A DNA stretch of 64,000 nucleotides from Spirochaetales bacterium (lineage in GTDB: Bacteria > Spirochaetota > Spirochaetia > JABEVK01). The stretch spans positions 26,415-90,414 of the forward strand of contig JBAXAI010000012.1 in the NCBI GenBank assembly GCA_037142615.1, given 5' to 3'. Under the pieces are notes generated by a model. That model worked only from the letters and a program-made list of their open reading frames with translations. It did not search any database and had not been told where the DNA came from. The position numbers were made by a program, and so were the translations under genes. Below, in pieces: positions 47,672 to 59,045 of this stretch (the stretch's first letter is position 1; each line of letters opens with the position of its first letter).

Positions 47672-49683
47672 AGGGACTCGATCAGGCTTTCGAGGCTCCG
47701 ACCCTCTTCACGGAGCGTATTGGCCATTGCACTCAGCGACGAGGCCGTTTCTGCCGTGCTGGCGTTGAGTTCAGCCAGATGGCCCAGCGAGGTCTGGATC
47801 GTGAGGGTGCCGCTGAGCTGGCGAGCGGTCGTGGTGCCCGCTTGTGAGGCCAGCGACTGCTGCGTCCGGCTGCTCTTTTCGAGGTCCAGCAACAGGGGAC
47901 CCTGCGCGGCCAACTCCCCCGAAACCTCCGACAGCAATTGGGCCGAGTTGCTCAGGTCTTGCGACAAGTGCTGCAGTTGTTCGCGCACCGTGCGGGAAAG
48001 GCCGGCAAACGCTTCGGCCTCGCCCGTGGCCTGCTGGGCCAGACCCACGACGCCCTCGATTCGATCCCTAACCGACCCAAGGATGACACCGGTGGCCGAG
48101 ACAGACAGGTTGGCCTGTTCGGCCAGCTTACCGACTTCGCCGGCGATCACGGCGAAGCCCTTGCCAGCGGAACCCGCATGAGCCGCCTGAATCGACGCAT
48201 TCATCGCCAACAGGGCCGTTCGGGCCGCGATGTCGGTTATTCCCGTCAGCACCTCGTCGATGCGCTGGCTTTCTTGCTGAATTTGCTGCATTTCACCATC
48301 AAGGCCGGCGAGCAACCGCGCCAAGGTGCTGAACTTTTCAAGGCCTCGGTCCAGGTGGACCACTTCCTCACGGGCGGCGGAGGACCGTTCCAGGCTCTCG
48401 CGACAGGCGTCGGCGGCTCTGTCGGCCAGGTTCTGGCTGCGAACCAGAAGGCCCGAGAGTGTTTGTGCGCCGGTCTGGGCTTGCAGGGCCTGGTCTTCGG
48501 CGGTTCGACCCAGATGTTCGGCGGCTCCCGCCAGGTCGTTGATTTCCTGGGTGATGTTGCGATTCGCTTCGGTTTGAACCTCGAGTCCGAGCTCGAGTTC
48601 GTTGGACCGGGTCTGCGCGGTTTCGGCCGAAAGCAGCAGCTTGCTGAGCACTGTCTCGATGGACCGGAACAGCGTTCGAAGCTCGGCAGAAACGCGGTTC
48701 AGCTGGTGAGCCACAGCGCCCAACTCATCGCCAGAAAGCCGCGAAGTGTCCTGTCGAAAGTCACCGTGAGACAGGTGGCCTACCGTCGTGTTCAAGGCCC
48801 GGATTTGGCGGATCAACGACAACAGGATGAGGCTCATCAACCCGAGACCCAGGGCCACGGCGGCGGTGGAACCGACCAGCGACCACAGCAGTTCCCCTTG
48901 GTAACGGTCGACGCGTGCCTGCACCATCGCTTCCAGGTCGGTGTTGGCGGCATACCAGAGCGCTTCGAGACTGGTCATCGCCTGCCGAGTCAGCGCTTGC
49001 AGCGACGCGCGCGAACCCGTGCCCAGTTCGTCGGCGAGAAGCTTCAAGTCGTTGGTGAGTTTGCCGCTGAGGGTGGGCAGGTGGTCGCTCAACGCTGGCA
49101 GCGGGCCCATGAAGTGTGCATCCTCGCGCAACACGGTCGCAACCGAGGCCTCCACGCCGGGCAAATCGATCTGCTGCACGAGCACCCGGACTTCGGCCTG
49201 GGCCTCGCGGGCCACTTCGCCTACCGCCAAACCGGCCTCGAGGGCCTCGAGCCGTTGCCAAAGGGGCACCAACTGAAACACCGAAAGGTTCATCAAGTAG
49301 TAGCTGTCGAGGTCTGGATCCAGAGTCAGGTTCGAAGCATCCGAAACGGCGGTAATCTGGCCGGCGGCCCAGGTGGCCCAGGCGTCTGGGGTCTTGCTGC
49401 TGTCGAGGGTGAGGTCTTTCAGCGGGAGCGAAGGGAAGTCTGCCGCGTGGCTGCGCAGGTGCGCTTGGATGGCTGCGAGGTCGGCTGTGGGCTGGTGAAG
49501 GCTCACCAGCAGTTGGAACAGGGGCTTGAGCAGCTGGGCACCCTGCACTTCTTTGGCGTTGAAGTTGATGTTGCCCATCGAAACCTGTACCAACAGGTAG
49601 AGCACAAACAACAAAGGAAGAAGAAAGCTGGAGACCATCCAAAAGAACTTTCCCCGGAGCTTCATGCCAGTAGGTTTTTCCAT
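47662..49683 (-). CDS. methyl-accepting chemotaxis protein
   Basis: N-terminal TM, ligand domain, HAMP, and MCP signalling domain with the highly conserved ...[16 protein letters not shown]... segment. Confidence 0.85.
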   Translation of the reverse strand: MEKPTGMKLRGKFFWMVSSFLLPLLFVLYLLVQVSMGNINFNAKEVQGAQLLKPLFQLLVSLHQPTADLAAIQAHLRSHAADFPSLPLKDLTLDSSKTPDAWATWAAGQITAVSDASNLTLDPDLDSYYLMNLSVFQLVPLWQRLEALEAGLAVGEVAREAQAEVRVLVQQIDLPGVEASVATVLREDAHFMGPLPALSDHLPTLSGKLTNDLKLLADELGTGSRASLQALTRQAMTSLEALWYAANTDLEAMVQARVDRYQGELLWSLVGSTAAVALGLGLMSLILLSLIRQIRALNTTVGHLSHGDFRQDTSRLSGDELGAVAHQLNRVSAELRTLFRSIETVLSKLLLSAETAQTRSNELELGLEVQTEANRNITQEINDLAGAAEHLGRTAEDQALQAQTGAQTLSGLLVRSQNLADRAADACRESLERSSAAREEVVHLDRGLEKFSTLARLLAGLDGEMQQIQQESQRIDEVLTGITDIAARTALLAMNASIQAAHAGSAGKGFAVIAGEVGKLAEQANLSVSATGVILGSVRDRIEGVVGLAQQATGEAEAFAGLSRTVREQLQHLSQDLSNSAQLLSEVSGELAAQGPLLLDLEKSSRTQQSLASQAGTTTARQLSGTLTIQTSLGHLAELNASTAETASSLSAMANTLREEGRSLESLIESLQY

Positions 49684-49819
49684 ACGCCAATAGTAATTGC
49701 ACCGGGGCCCGGCGTAAACAGCAAAGAAGTCGACTATTCCGTCCTAATCCCCGTCAACAACCGCCAACGCCGGTCAGGGGCAGACACGAGCGCCCGGGCC
49801 GGTGTATGTTGGCGCACCT

Positions 49820-51658
<1,839 letters not shown>

Positions 51659-51695
51659 TGGAGGGGGGCGTCCCCCCCCTGCGCTCCATAAAAAA

Positions 51696-51720
51696 GGCGG
51701 CCCTCGGGCCGCCTTTTGTT
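51696..51720 (+). terminator. rho-independent terminator of typA (GGCGGCCC-TCG-GGGCCGCC + TTTTGTT), preceded by a G7/C8 hairpin
   Basis: Seen directly. Flanks GCGCTCCATAAAAA and TTTGTTATTGCGCTACCCC are repeated at 63604-63660. Confidence 0.65.
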
Positions 51721-51763
51721 ATTGCGCTACCCCCGTGCGGGGACACCCCTCAAGGCCCGATGG

Positions 51764-51794
51764 TTCGCAAGACTCCGTTGCCCATGCTATAAAG
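51764..51794 (+). promoter_or_regulatory. candidate sigma70-type promoter for the island operon (TTCGCA-18bp-TATAAA)
   Basis: Hexamers at 51764-69 and 51788-93, 20 bp upstream of gene start at 51814. Confidence 0.3.
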
Positions 51795-51813
51795 ATGTTC
51801 GGAGTCCGAACAC

Positions 51814-54800
51814 ATGCGAACCGTAAGAGACCTCTGTACAATTCAGCCCGGTGCCCTCGATGTCAGCGTTTCCGATCAGATCGAACGCCTCGACCAATTG
51901 ATCAACGAAAAAGGCGATGGCAGGGAGTTTTTTGACAAGACATTTGTCACGGAAGGCATGAAAGCGATGCTTACCGAGGGGTTTGCGCGCCTCTCGGGGA
52001 AGTCCTCACAGGCACTGTTCCACCTGAAACAGGCGATGGGTGGGGGAAAAACCCACCTTCTAGTCAGTTTTGGACTCTTGGCCAAGAGCGTCGATCTTCG
52101 CCGCTTGGTCACCCCCAACATCGCCTATCACGAGTCTTTCGTTCCGGCCAAGGTCGCCGCCTTCACCGGACGAAACTATCCCAACGAATACTTCTGGGGC
52201 TCTTTGGCGAGCCAACTTGGTAACCCCGCGCTCTTTTCCCGCTATTGGACCAATGGACCGGACGCCCCAGGTGAGGATGCGTGGCTCCAACTGTTTGACG
52301 GTGACCAACCCATACTCATCCTGCTTGACGAATTGCCACCCTACTTTAACTTCTACCGAACCAAAGAAGTCGGCCAGGGGACTGTTGCAGATATAGCGAC
52401 CAGTGCGCTCTCCAACATGTTTTCGGCGGCTAGCAAGAAGGCGAATGTCTGTGTCGTGATCGCCGATCTTAATGCCGCTTACGAGAAAGGCGCCGCGGGG
52501 ATCAACCACGCGCTCGAGGACGCGAAACAGGAGCTTGGTCGGGGGGCAAAAACCATTACACCGGTTGACTTGGCCGGTAATGAAATCTACGCCATCCTAC
52601 GCAAACGTTTGTTCGCCTCGCTGCCAAGCCAGAGTGCCATCGACGAAGTAGCTGCCGGCTATGGAAGGGCGATCGCCGAGGCCAGCCGGGCCAAGATGAT
52701 CGGTCGGTCAGCCGAGGCGATCGCCGACGAAATCAGCCAAACCTACCCGTTCCATCCCAAACTCAAGAACCTCATTGCGTTGTTCAAGGAGAATGAACAG
52801 TTCCGGCAAACACGTGGCCTCATGGAATTGGTTTCCCGACTTCTGAAGAGCGTGTGGACCCGCGAACTGAACGACGTCTACTTGATTGGCCCGCAGCACT
52901 TTGATCTGTCGATCTCCGAGGTTCGCGACAAGCTTGCTGATATTTCCGACATGGCCGACGTGATTGCCAAAGACTTGTGGGACGCCAACGGTGCCGCACA
53001 TGCTCAGGTGATTGACGCTGATACCCAAAATGACGCTGCTCGCATTGCAGCGAATCTCGTGTTCACCTCGAGCCTTTCGACCGCGCACAACGCGGTTCGC
53101 GGCCTGACTTCCGAGGAAATTCTGGAATGTGCCATTAGTCCGTTTCAAGATGCTGCCAGCATCACTACGGCATTGGAGCAACTCAACTTGCAGGCATGGT
53201 ACTTGCACCACTCGGGCGAAGGGAAGTACTTCTTCGACAGGGTCGAGAACCTGACCAAGCTATTGCAGGACCTCGCGGAGAAGGCACCAAGACCTCAGGT
53301 CGACCAGGTGATTCAGAAGAGACTATCCGATCTCTTTCAGCCGACCCGCAAAGTTGCGTACGAAGAAATGATCGCGCTCCCGACTCTCTCGGAGGTGGAA
53401 GACACTATCCGAAAAAAGCGAGTCCTACTCATTCTACCCCCTGAGGGTAAGATCCCTTCCGACGGACTTGAGAAGTTCTTCCAGTCGATTCAGTCCAAAA
53501 ACAACTTGTTGGTGCTGACCGGGGAAAAGAGCGTGATGGACAACCTTGAGGCCAAAGCAAGGTACGTGTTCGCATCCATCAAAGCTGAATCCAGAATCCC
53601 CAAGGGACACGCTCAGCGTGAAGAACTCGAGCGGAAGCAAGAACAGTACTCTGCTGACCTTCTGACCGCGACCCTCAACACGTTCGATAAGGTAGTGTTC
53701 CCCACCCAACGTTCGGGTCAACAGGCTCGCCTTGTCTCCAAGCCGCTTTCTCAAAGCTATAACCAGAGCAAACCTTACAATGGTGAACAGCAGATAGAGG
53801 CCACGTTGGCGGCGGACCCTCTGAAGTTGTATGTCGATGTTGCCCAAGATTTTGAGGCGATTCGCGACAAAGCGCAGGATTTACTGTGGCCGCAAGGGAG
53901 CGACGATACGAGGTGGACGGACGCTCGAGAGCGGGCAACTCAGGAACCGGCCATGCCCTGGCTACCGTCCGTAGGTTCCGCAGGTCTCGAACTCGTGAAA
54001 CAACTGGCTCTCAGCCATGGCAAGTGGGAAGATCTGGGGAACGGATACGTCACCAAGAAACCCCGCCCCAAGAAGGCGTCGTTGCAGATTTCGCAGGAGT
54101 CGGAGCCCGACGACGAAGGCCGAGTCCGCTTGAGGCTGGTACCTCAGAACGCAGGCAATCAACCCAAAATCTACGTTCAGGAAGAAGGGTCGGTCTCACC
54201 TTCCAGCCCAGTTCATCTAGATACACTGTTTTCAACCAAAGCCTTGTGGGCCGAGTTTCTTGTTGTAGACCCTTCGGGCCAAGCCCTGCCCGGTGAGCCA
54301 ATACGGTGGGACAACGAGCTGGTGATTCGTCATCGGGTAAGCGGTCAAGGAGCCCACCGAAGCGTGGAGTTGTACCTGTCGCCGCGCGGAAAACTTTGGT
54401 ACAGCCTCGATGGTACAGAACCTCGAAACGGTGCCTCCTATGATGGCTCCTTCGAAGTCGCAGAAACGGGAGGCCGGCTGCTTGTCTATGGCAAAGCCGA
54501 CGCCCTTGAAAAAAAGGCTGACTTCACGATTCCGGCAGTTCAGCAAAACGAAGTCACCTTCGACGAGAGTCGGCCCGCAAGTCTAGTTCGGCCTTCACCG
54601 TTTCGCCTTGACTCGCGACAGAAGACATTCGAGCTCTTGGAGCTAGCTGCAACCCAACAAGTGGTGTTTTCCAAACTCTCGCTGGCCGTCGGCCAAATGG
54701 CTTCTGCGATTTCGGTGACAATCCCACAGAAAGAAGTTAGCGCCGAGTATCTTCTGAAGATTGTGAAGGCCATTAGCGACGACCTGCCAGCCAGCGAACC

Positions 54801-54906
54801 TATCACTTTAGGGTTTTGCCGCGCCCAGTTTCGCCTTGGCAAAGAGCTCAAGGAGTTCACCGACCGAGCTGGCTTCAATCCGCAGGCAGGAGACATTGTT
54901 CAGTGA
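51814..54906 (+). CDS. large P-loop NTPase (about 1030 aa; Walker A-like MGGGKTHLL near N-terminus), possibly DUF499-type defence ATPase
   Basis: Walker A GGGKTH at aa about 75. Hydrophobic-DELP Walker B-like (ILILLDELPPYF). No other recognisable domain. First gene of coupled operon. Confidence 0.55.
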   Translation: MRTVRDLCTIQPGALDVSVSDQIERLDQLINEKGDGREFFDKTFVTEGMKAMLTEGFARLSGKSSQALFHLKQAMGGGKTHLLVSFGLLAKSVDLRRLVTPNIAYHESFVPAKVAAFTGRNYPNEYFWGSLASQLGNPALFSRYWTNGPDAPGEDAWLQLFDGDQPILILLDELPPYFNFYRTKEVGQGTVADIATSALSNMFSAASKKANVCVVIADLNAAYEKGAAGINHALEDAKQELGRGAKTITPVDLAGNEIYAILRKRLFASLPSQSAIDEVAAGYGRAIAEASRAKMIGRSAEAIADEISQTYPFHPKLKNLIALFKENEQFRQTRGLMELVSRLLKSVWTRELNDVYLIGPQHFDLSISEVRDKLADISDMADVIAKDLWDANGAAHAQVIDADTQNDAARIAANLVFTSSLSTAHNAVRGLTSEEILECAISPFQDAASITTALEQLNLQAWYLHHSGEGKYFFDRVENLTKLLQDLAEKAPRPQVDQVIQKRLSDLFQPTRKVAYEEMIALPTLSEVEDTIRKKRVLLILPPEGKIPSDGLEKFFQSIQSKNNLLVLTGEKSVMDNLEAKARYVFASIKAESRIPKGHAQREELERKQEQYSADLLTATLNTFDKVVFPTQRSGQQARLVSKPLSQSYNQSKPYNGEQQIEATLAADPLKLYVDVAQDFEAIRDKAQDLLWPQGSDDTRWTDARERATQEPAMPWLPSVGSAGLELVKQLALSHGKWEDLGNGYVTKKPRPKKASLQISQESEPDDEGRVRLRLVPQNAGNQPKIYVQEEGSVSPSSPVHLDTLFSTKALWAEFLVVDPSGQALPGEPIRWDNELVIRHRVSGQGAHRSVELYLSPRGKLWYSLDGTEPRNGASYDGSFEVAETGGRLLVYGKADALEKKADFTIPAVQQNEVTFDESRPASLVRPSPFRLDSRQKTFELLELAATQQVVFSKLSLAVGQMASAISVTIPQKEVSAEYLLKIVKAISDDLPASEPITLGFCRAQFRLGKELKEFTDRAGFNPQAGDIVQ

Positions 54907-55490
54907 ACAATCTGCCCCAGTTTGAAGACTTTGGTGCACCCACTAGGGTGGGCTCTCACATCTTCTTGGTCGATATTCCCATCAGTCGTTCAGAGCCGGT
55001 TCTCATTCTGGAAAACTATGGCTTCCTTGGCGGTGAACGGGGTATTCCCGAGAAGGAAACCCGCGTCAGTCTGAATCGCAGCCATTGGTACGGTATTTCG
55101 GAGATCGCCCGACAAGACTTCAACGATCGGCTCAAGGGCAAGAAGATGACGACGAGCCGATGGACGACCGGCCTGAACAAACTCGACAAGCTATTGGGCA
55201 AAGAACTCTGCGTGCTAGCCTGGGCAGCAGAGCAGTCGTCGTTGGAACAGCTGCCCATCGTTTGCCACAGGTGGGTGTCGCTCCGACCAGAGGAACGCTG
55301 GTGGTTGTTTCGCATGACTGTCGCCGAGGCAGGGCTGGCGCAAGACCTCGACCGAGGCTGGCGAAAGGCCCTCCACTTTGCTCTTTCTGATGGTAAGATT
55401 GACGAGCGGCGCATCAAGCGCCCCCGACCCGATGACGACGACGAGGATTTGTCGTTGTTCGGTGGTTCCGTGCAGGAGGTTCACCAGTGA
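54903..55490 (+). CDS. small protein (195 aa) with acidic C-terminal tail (RPRPDDDDEDLSLFGG), function unknown
   Basis: GTG overlapping upstream stop (GTGA). Always-coupled position between the large NTPase and the AAA ATPase. Confidence 0.45.
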   Translation: MNNLPQFEDFGAPTRVGSHIFLVDIPISRSEPVLILENYGFLGGERGIPEKETRVSLNRSHWYGISEIARQDFNDRLKGKKMTTSRWTTGLNKLDKLLGKELCVLAWAAEQSSLEQLPIVCHRWVSLRPEERWWLFRMTVAEAGLAQDLDRGWRKALHFALSDGKIDERRIKRPRPDDDDEDLSLFGGSVQEVHQ

Positions 55491-56533
55491 TTAGCCACCT
55501 CAGCGTTGAAAACTTTGCGGCACTGGAGCAGGCCGAGCTCGACTTTTCCCCGGGGCTGAATGTCATCCTGGGCGAGAACAGCACCGGCAAAAGTTTGCTG
55601 ATGAAATTGATGTATTCCGGCGCTTGGGTCAGCCACTCCTTGGGGAAAGGCGACCGCAAAACCAAAGATGAGCTGCAGCGAGCCATAGCTGACAAGCTGA
55701 AGGCAGTGTGCATTCCTGAATCTCTTGGGAGACTCGTTACCCGGAAGGCGGGCCGAAATCGGTGCACGGTTCGGGTATCGTTCAGCGAACCCCAGAATGC
55801 CTCATTCGGGTTCTCATTCGCCACAAATAGCGATCGTGAAGCCAAACTCGACGGCGCCACCCCCGAAGGCTACCTGAGCTCATCGCCTATTTTCATTCCA
55901 ACAAAAGAAGTTCTTTCGGTGTTCCCCAATTTTGCAGCGACACTTCGCTCCAAGCACCTCTTCTTTGACGATACATACCTTGATTTGCTCGACGCACTCG
56001 ACCAGCCAGTCAACAAAGGGGCCCCCAAGAAGGACGAAAGAGAACTCCGGGATTCACTGGAGCAGGCAATGGCGGGTCGCGTTGTGTTCGACGGAGGCCG
56101 CTTCTACTACCTGCCCGAAGCAGAGGGCAAAGGGAAGATTGAAATGCCGTTGGTTGCCGAAGGCCTACGGAAGATTTCGATCTTGACCTACCTAGTGATG
56201 AACGGTGGCCTGCGCAATAAGTCTCTCTTATTCTGGGACGAACCTGAGGTTAACTTGAACCCCAAACTGATGCGCAGACTTGCCGTCGTGTTGGTCGACA
56301 TGGCCGAGCGCGGGGTTCAAGTGATCCTTGCCACTCATAGTCTGTTCTTGCTCCGCGAGTTGGTCATTGCTCGCGCCAGTAGCAAGACGAAAGAACCCGT
56401 GCGTTTCTTTGCCCTTTCGAAGCAAGGAGACACGCAGAGGGTGACGCAAGGTGACTCGGTCGAAGAGGTCGACCCGTTGGCCAGTCTCGATGCGGAACTG
56501 GAACAGAGCGATCGGTACCTGGAGCTTCCTTGA
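55487..56533 (+). CDS. AAA/ABC-type ATPase (RecF/SMC-like, AAA_21-like: Walker A GENSTGKS ... Walker B LLFWDEPEVNL ... ATHS)
   Basis: GTG start overlapping upstream stop. P-loop at N-terminus, Q/signature region, D-loop and H-loop spacing typical of the OLD/AbiEii/Septu-PtuA-type ABC ATPases. Confidence 0.7.
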   Translation: MISHLSVENFAALEQAELDFSPGLNVILGENSTGKSLLMKLMYSGAWVSHSLGKGDRKTKDELQRAIADKLKAVCIPESLGRLVTRKAGRNRCTVRVSFSEPQNASFGFSFATNSDREAKLDGATPEGYLSSSPIFIPTKEVLSVFPNFAATLRSKHLFFDDTYLDLLDALDQPVNKGAPKKDERELRDSLEQAMAGRVVFDGGRFYYLPEAEGKGKIEMPLVAEGLRKISILTYLVMNGGLRNKSLLFWDEPEVNLNPKLMRRLAVVLVDMAERGVQVILATHSLFLLRELVIARASSKTKEPVRFFALSKQGDTQRVTQGDSVEEVDPLASLDAELEQSDRYLELP

Positions 56534-57072
56534 TGCAAGTCTTCGACGAGCAGGGAATTGCGTTTGCCTTTCCTGACGACTTTGTCGTTTTTCGCCCTCA
56601 ACACTCCGTTTTTTACAGAAAGTTGTGGCAGCGGTTTTCGATCCCCGACGCGGCGGGCGAGAAAGGAAACAAAGAAGCTGACTTCGTTGCCGTCGACCGA
56701 AAGGAGCAACGCCTTTGGCTCATCGAGGCCAAGGACTATCGTGTCCACGAACGCACCAAGCCCGGGTCACTGTCGCAGGAGTTTGCCCGCAAATGCCGCG
56801 ATTCGCTGGCATTGTTGGCCGCGTTGCAGCTCAGTAGCACCGCAGCCGAGGTTGGCGAAACAGCGAGCGGGCTGTTGGATGGTCTCAAGAAGGTTTCTTG
56901 CGTCTTGCACGTCGAGCAGAAGGCAGGTGAAAAACTTTTCCCGCTGGCGGTCAGACCCACTGACCTGAAAGACGCACTGCGTCGCGAACTACATGCCCTT
57001 GACCCCCAGGCGCTCACGGGTACGGCTGCGGAGCTCGCAACACTTCAACTTCCCTTCACCATCACCGTCTAG
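56533..57072 (+). CDS. small PD-(D/E)XK-like putative nuclease (motif D-x19-EAK: ADFVAVD...LWLIEAKD)
   Basis: 179 aa. ATG overlaps ATPase stop (TGATG). D/ExK arrangement consistent with restriction-endonuclease fold (inference). Confidence 0.4.
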   Translation: MQVFDEQGIAFAFPDDFVVFRPQHSVFYRKLWQRFSIPDAAGEKGNKEADFVAVDRKEQRLWLIEAKDYRVHERTKPGSLSQEFARKCRDSLALLAALQLSSTAAEVGETASGLLDGLKKVSCVLHVEQKAGEKLFPLAVRPTDLKDALRRELHALDPQALTGTAAELATLQLPFTITV

Positions 57073-57080
57073 GAGCCCCC

Positions 57081-59042
57081 ATGCCAGTAGTTCCCTTTTC
57101 CCTCAAAGAAGCACCGGCGTTGATCGAAACGCTGTTCCCGGCCCAGAAGTTGTCGATCGAAGCGTACAAGGAACAGATGGCGGGCAGCGGCAAGACCTTG
57201 ACCGCTTTGGGAAGCTACTGGAAGGGCCGCAAGCCGCTCATCTTGAACCGTGCCTGTGTCTTGGGCTGCCTGCTGCCGGTGACTGCCAACCCCATCCGGG
57301 ACCTCGAGATTTTCGAGAAGCTAATGGCCATGGACGAAACCGCGCTAACTCACCGTCTCAAGGCCAAGAACGACAAGAAGAGTCGCTCTCTTATTTCCAG
57401 CTATCAACATAAGGTCGATGCCGCCTGTCGCCCCGAGGAGTGCGACAACACTTTGTACGACGGGATTTGGCCCGAGGTAAACGCTCACTTGGGCACCGAA
57501 GCGACGAGCTTTCCCGAGTTGGTGGAACAGCTGGGAATCATGCGCTTTGGCCACCGTCCCCGGTTTGCCGACGTGTTTTCGGGCAGCGGGCAGATTCCCT
57601 TCGAGGCCGCCCGGCTGGGCTGCGACGTGTACGCCAGCGACCTGAACCCCGTGGCCTGCATGCTTACTTGGGGCTCGTTTCATTTGGTGGGTGCCCAGCC
57701 CGAGGAGCGGCAAGAGATTGCAGTGGCGCAGGCACGGTTGGTGCAGAAGGTGCAGTCCGAAGTCGATGCCTTGGGCATCGAGAACGACGGCAAGGGATGG
57801 CGGGCTAAGGCCTTTCTGTATTGCGTCGAGGTAAGGTGCCCCCAGACAGGCTGGATGGTGCCGCTGATTCCCAGTTTGATTGTCAGCCAGCCACGTACGG
57901 GCGAGGTGCGCAACAACGTGGTGGTTCAGCTGGTTCCCCTGCCCGCCGAAAAGCGCTACCGCATTGATGTGGTTTCGTTCGCCACTGAAGCCCAACTGGC
58001 TCAAGCCGAACTCGGCACCGTACAGGGCGGCGAGATGGTGCATTCGCCCGACGGTACCAAGGTGTACCGCACCAAGATCAGCACCTTGCGGGGGGATTAC
58101 GCCGAGGGCGGCGAAACCAAGAACAGGCTGCGAATGTGGGAAAAGCATGACTTTGTAGCTCGGCCCCACGACCTATACCAAGAGCGACTGTACTGTGTGC
58201 AGTGGCTTCGCACCAAAGCCGCTGGCCGGGGGCAGGAGTACGAGTTCCGGTCGGTGACTCCCGACGACCTGACGCGCGAGAAAACAGTGATCGACTTTGT
58301 GGGATCACGGCTGGCCGAATGGCAGGCCAAGGGTTGGGTCCCCGACATGGTGATCGAGGCCGGGGCCAAGACCGACGAGCCGATTCGCACCCGGGGCTGG
58401 ACTCACTGGCACCACCTGTTCAACCCGAGGCAGTTGCTGGTGGCGGGGTTGGTGCGGCAAAACATCAACTCCACCACGGCGTTCGGACTGTCGCAGGTGA
58501 TCAACTGGAACAGCCGGTTGTGTCGATGGAATATGGGCAGCGGTGGCGGTGGCAGTATCCAGGACGTATTCTACAATCAGGCTCTCAATACTCTTTTCAA
58601 CTACGGTTGTCGTAACACAGCTCTGGCCCTTACCCAGGTCGACCTCGGTGCCAGGAGCTTTCCTTTCGCCAAAGGAGTGAAGGCTGAAGTGAAGACTCAC
58701 GCGGCCAACGCCATCACCGCGCCCACCGATCTGTTCATCACCGACCCGCCGTACGGCGACGCCGTCAAGTACGAAGAAATCCTCGAGTTCTTCATCGCCT
58801 GGCTGCGCAAGAACCCGCCTGCCGAGTTCAAAGGTTGGGTGTGGGACAGCCGCCGGGTGATGGCCATCAAGGGTGAAGACGACAAGTTCCGGCAGGCCAT
58901 GATCGACGCGTATTCGGCCATTACGCGTTGTATGCCCGACAACGGTATGCAGGTCATCATGTTCACCCACCAGTCGGGCAGCATTTGGGCCGACATGGCG
59001 CACATCGTGTGGGCGGCGGGGCTGCAGGTCACGGCGGCGTAG
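57081..59042 (+). CDS. N6-adenine DNA methyltransferase (motif I FxGxG: DVFSGSGQIPFE; motif IV DPPY: FITDPPYGD), terminated by in-frame TAG
   Basis: AGGAG RBS. SAM-binding motif near aa 165 and DPPY near aa 545 with a large intervening region. Ends at TAG 59040-42. Confidence 0.75.
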   Translation: MPVVPFSLKEAPALIETLFPAQKLSIEAYKEQMAGSGKTLTALGSYWKGRKPLILNRACVLGCLLPVTANPIRDLEIFEKLMAMDETALTHRLKAKNDKKSRSLISSYQHKVDAACRPEECDNTLYDGIWPEVNAHLGTEATSFPELVEQLGIMRFGHRPRFADVFSGSGQIPFEAARLGCDVYASDLNPVACMLTWGSFHLVGAQPEERQEIAVAQARLVQKVQSEVDALGIENDGKGWRAKAFLYCVEVRCPQTGWMVPLIPSLIVSQPRTGEVRNNVVVQLVPLPAEKRYRIDVVSFATEAQLAQAELGTVQGGEMVHSPDGTKVYRTKISTLRGDYAEGGETKNRLRMWEKHDFVARPHDLYQERLYCVQWLRTKAAGRGQEYEFRSVTPDDLTREKTVIDFVGSRLAEWQAKGWVPDMVIEAGAKTDEPIRTRGWTHWHHLFNPRQLLVAGLVRQNINSTTAFGLSQVINWNSRLCRWNMGSGGGGSIQDVFYNQALNTLFNYGCRNTALALTQVDLGARSFPFAKGVKAEVKTHAANAITAPTDLFITDPPYGDAVKYEEILEFFIAWLRKNPPAEFKGWVWDSRRVMAIKGEDDKFRQAMIDAYSAITRCMPDNGMQVIMFTHQSGSIWADMAHIVWAAGLQVTAA

Positions 59043-59045
59043 TAC

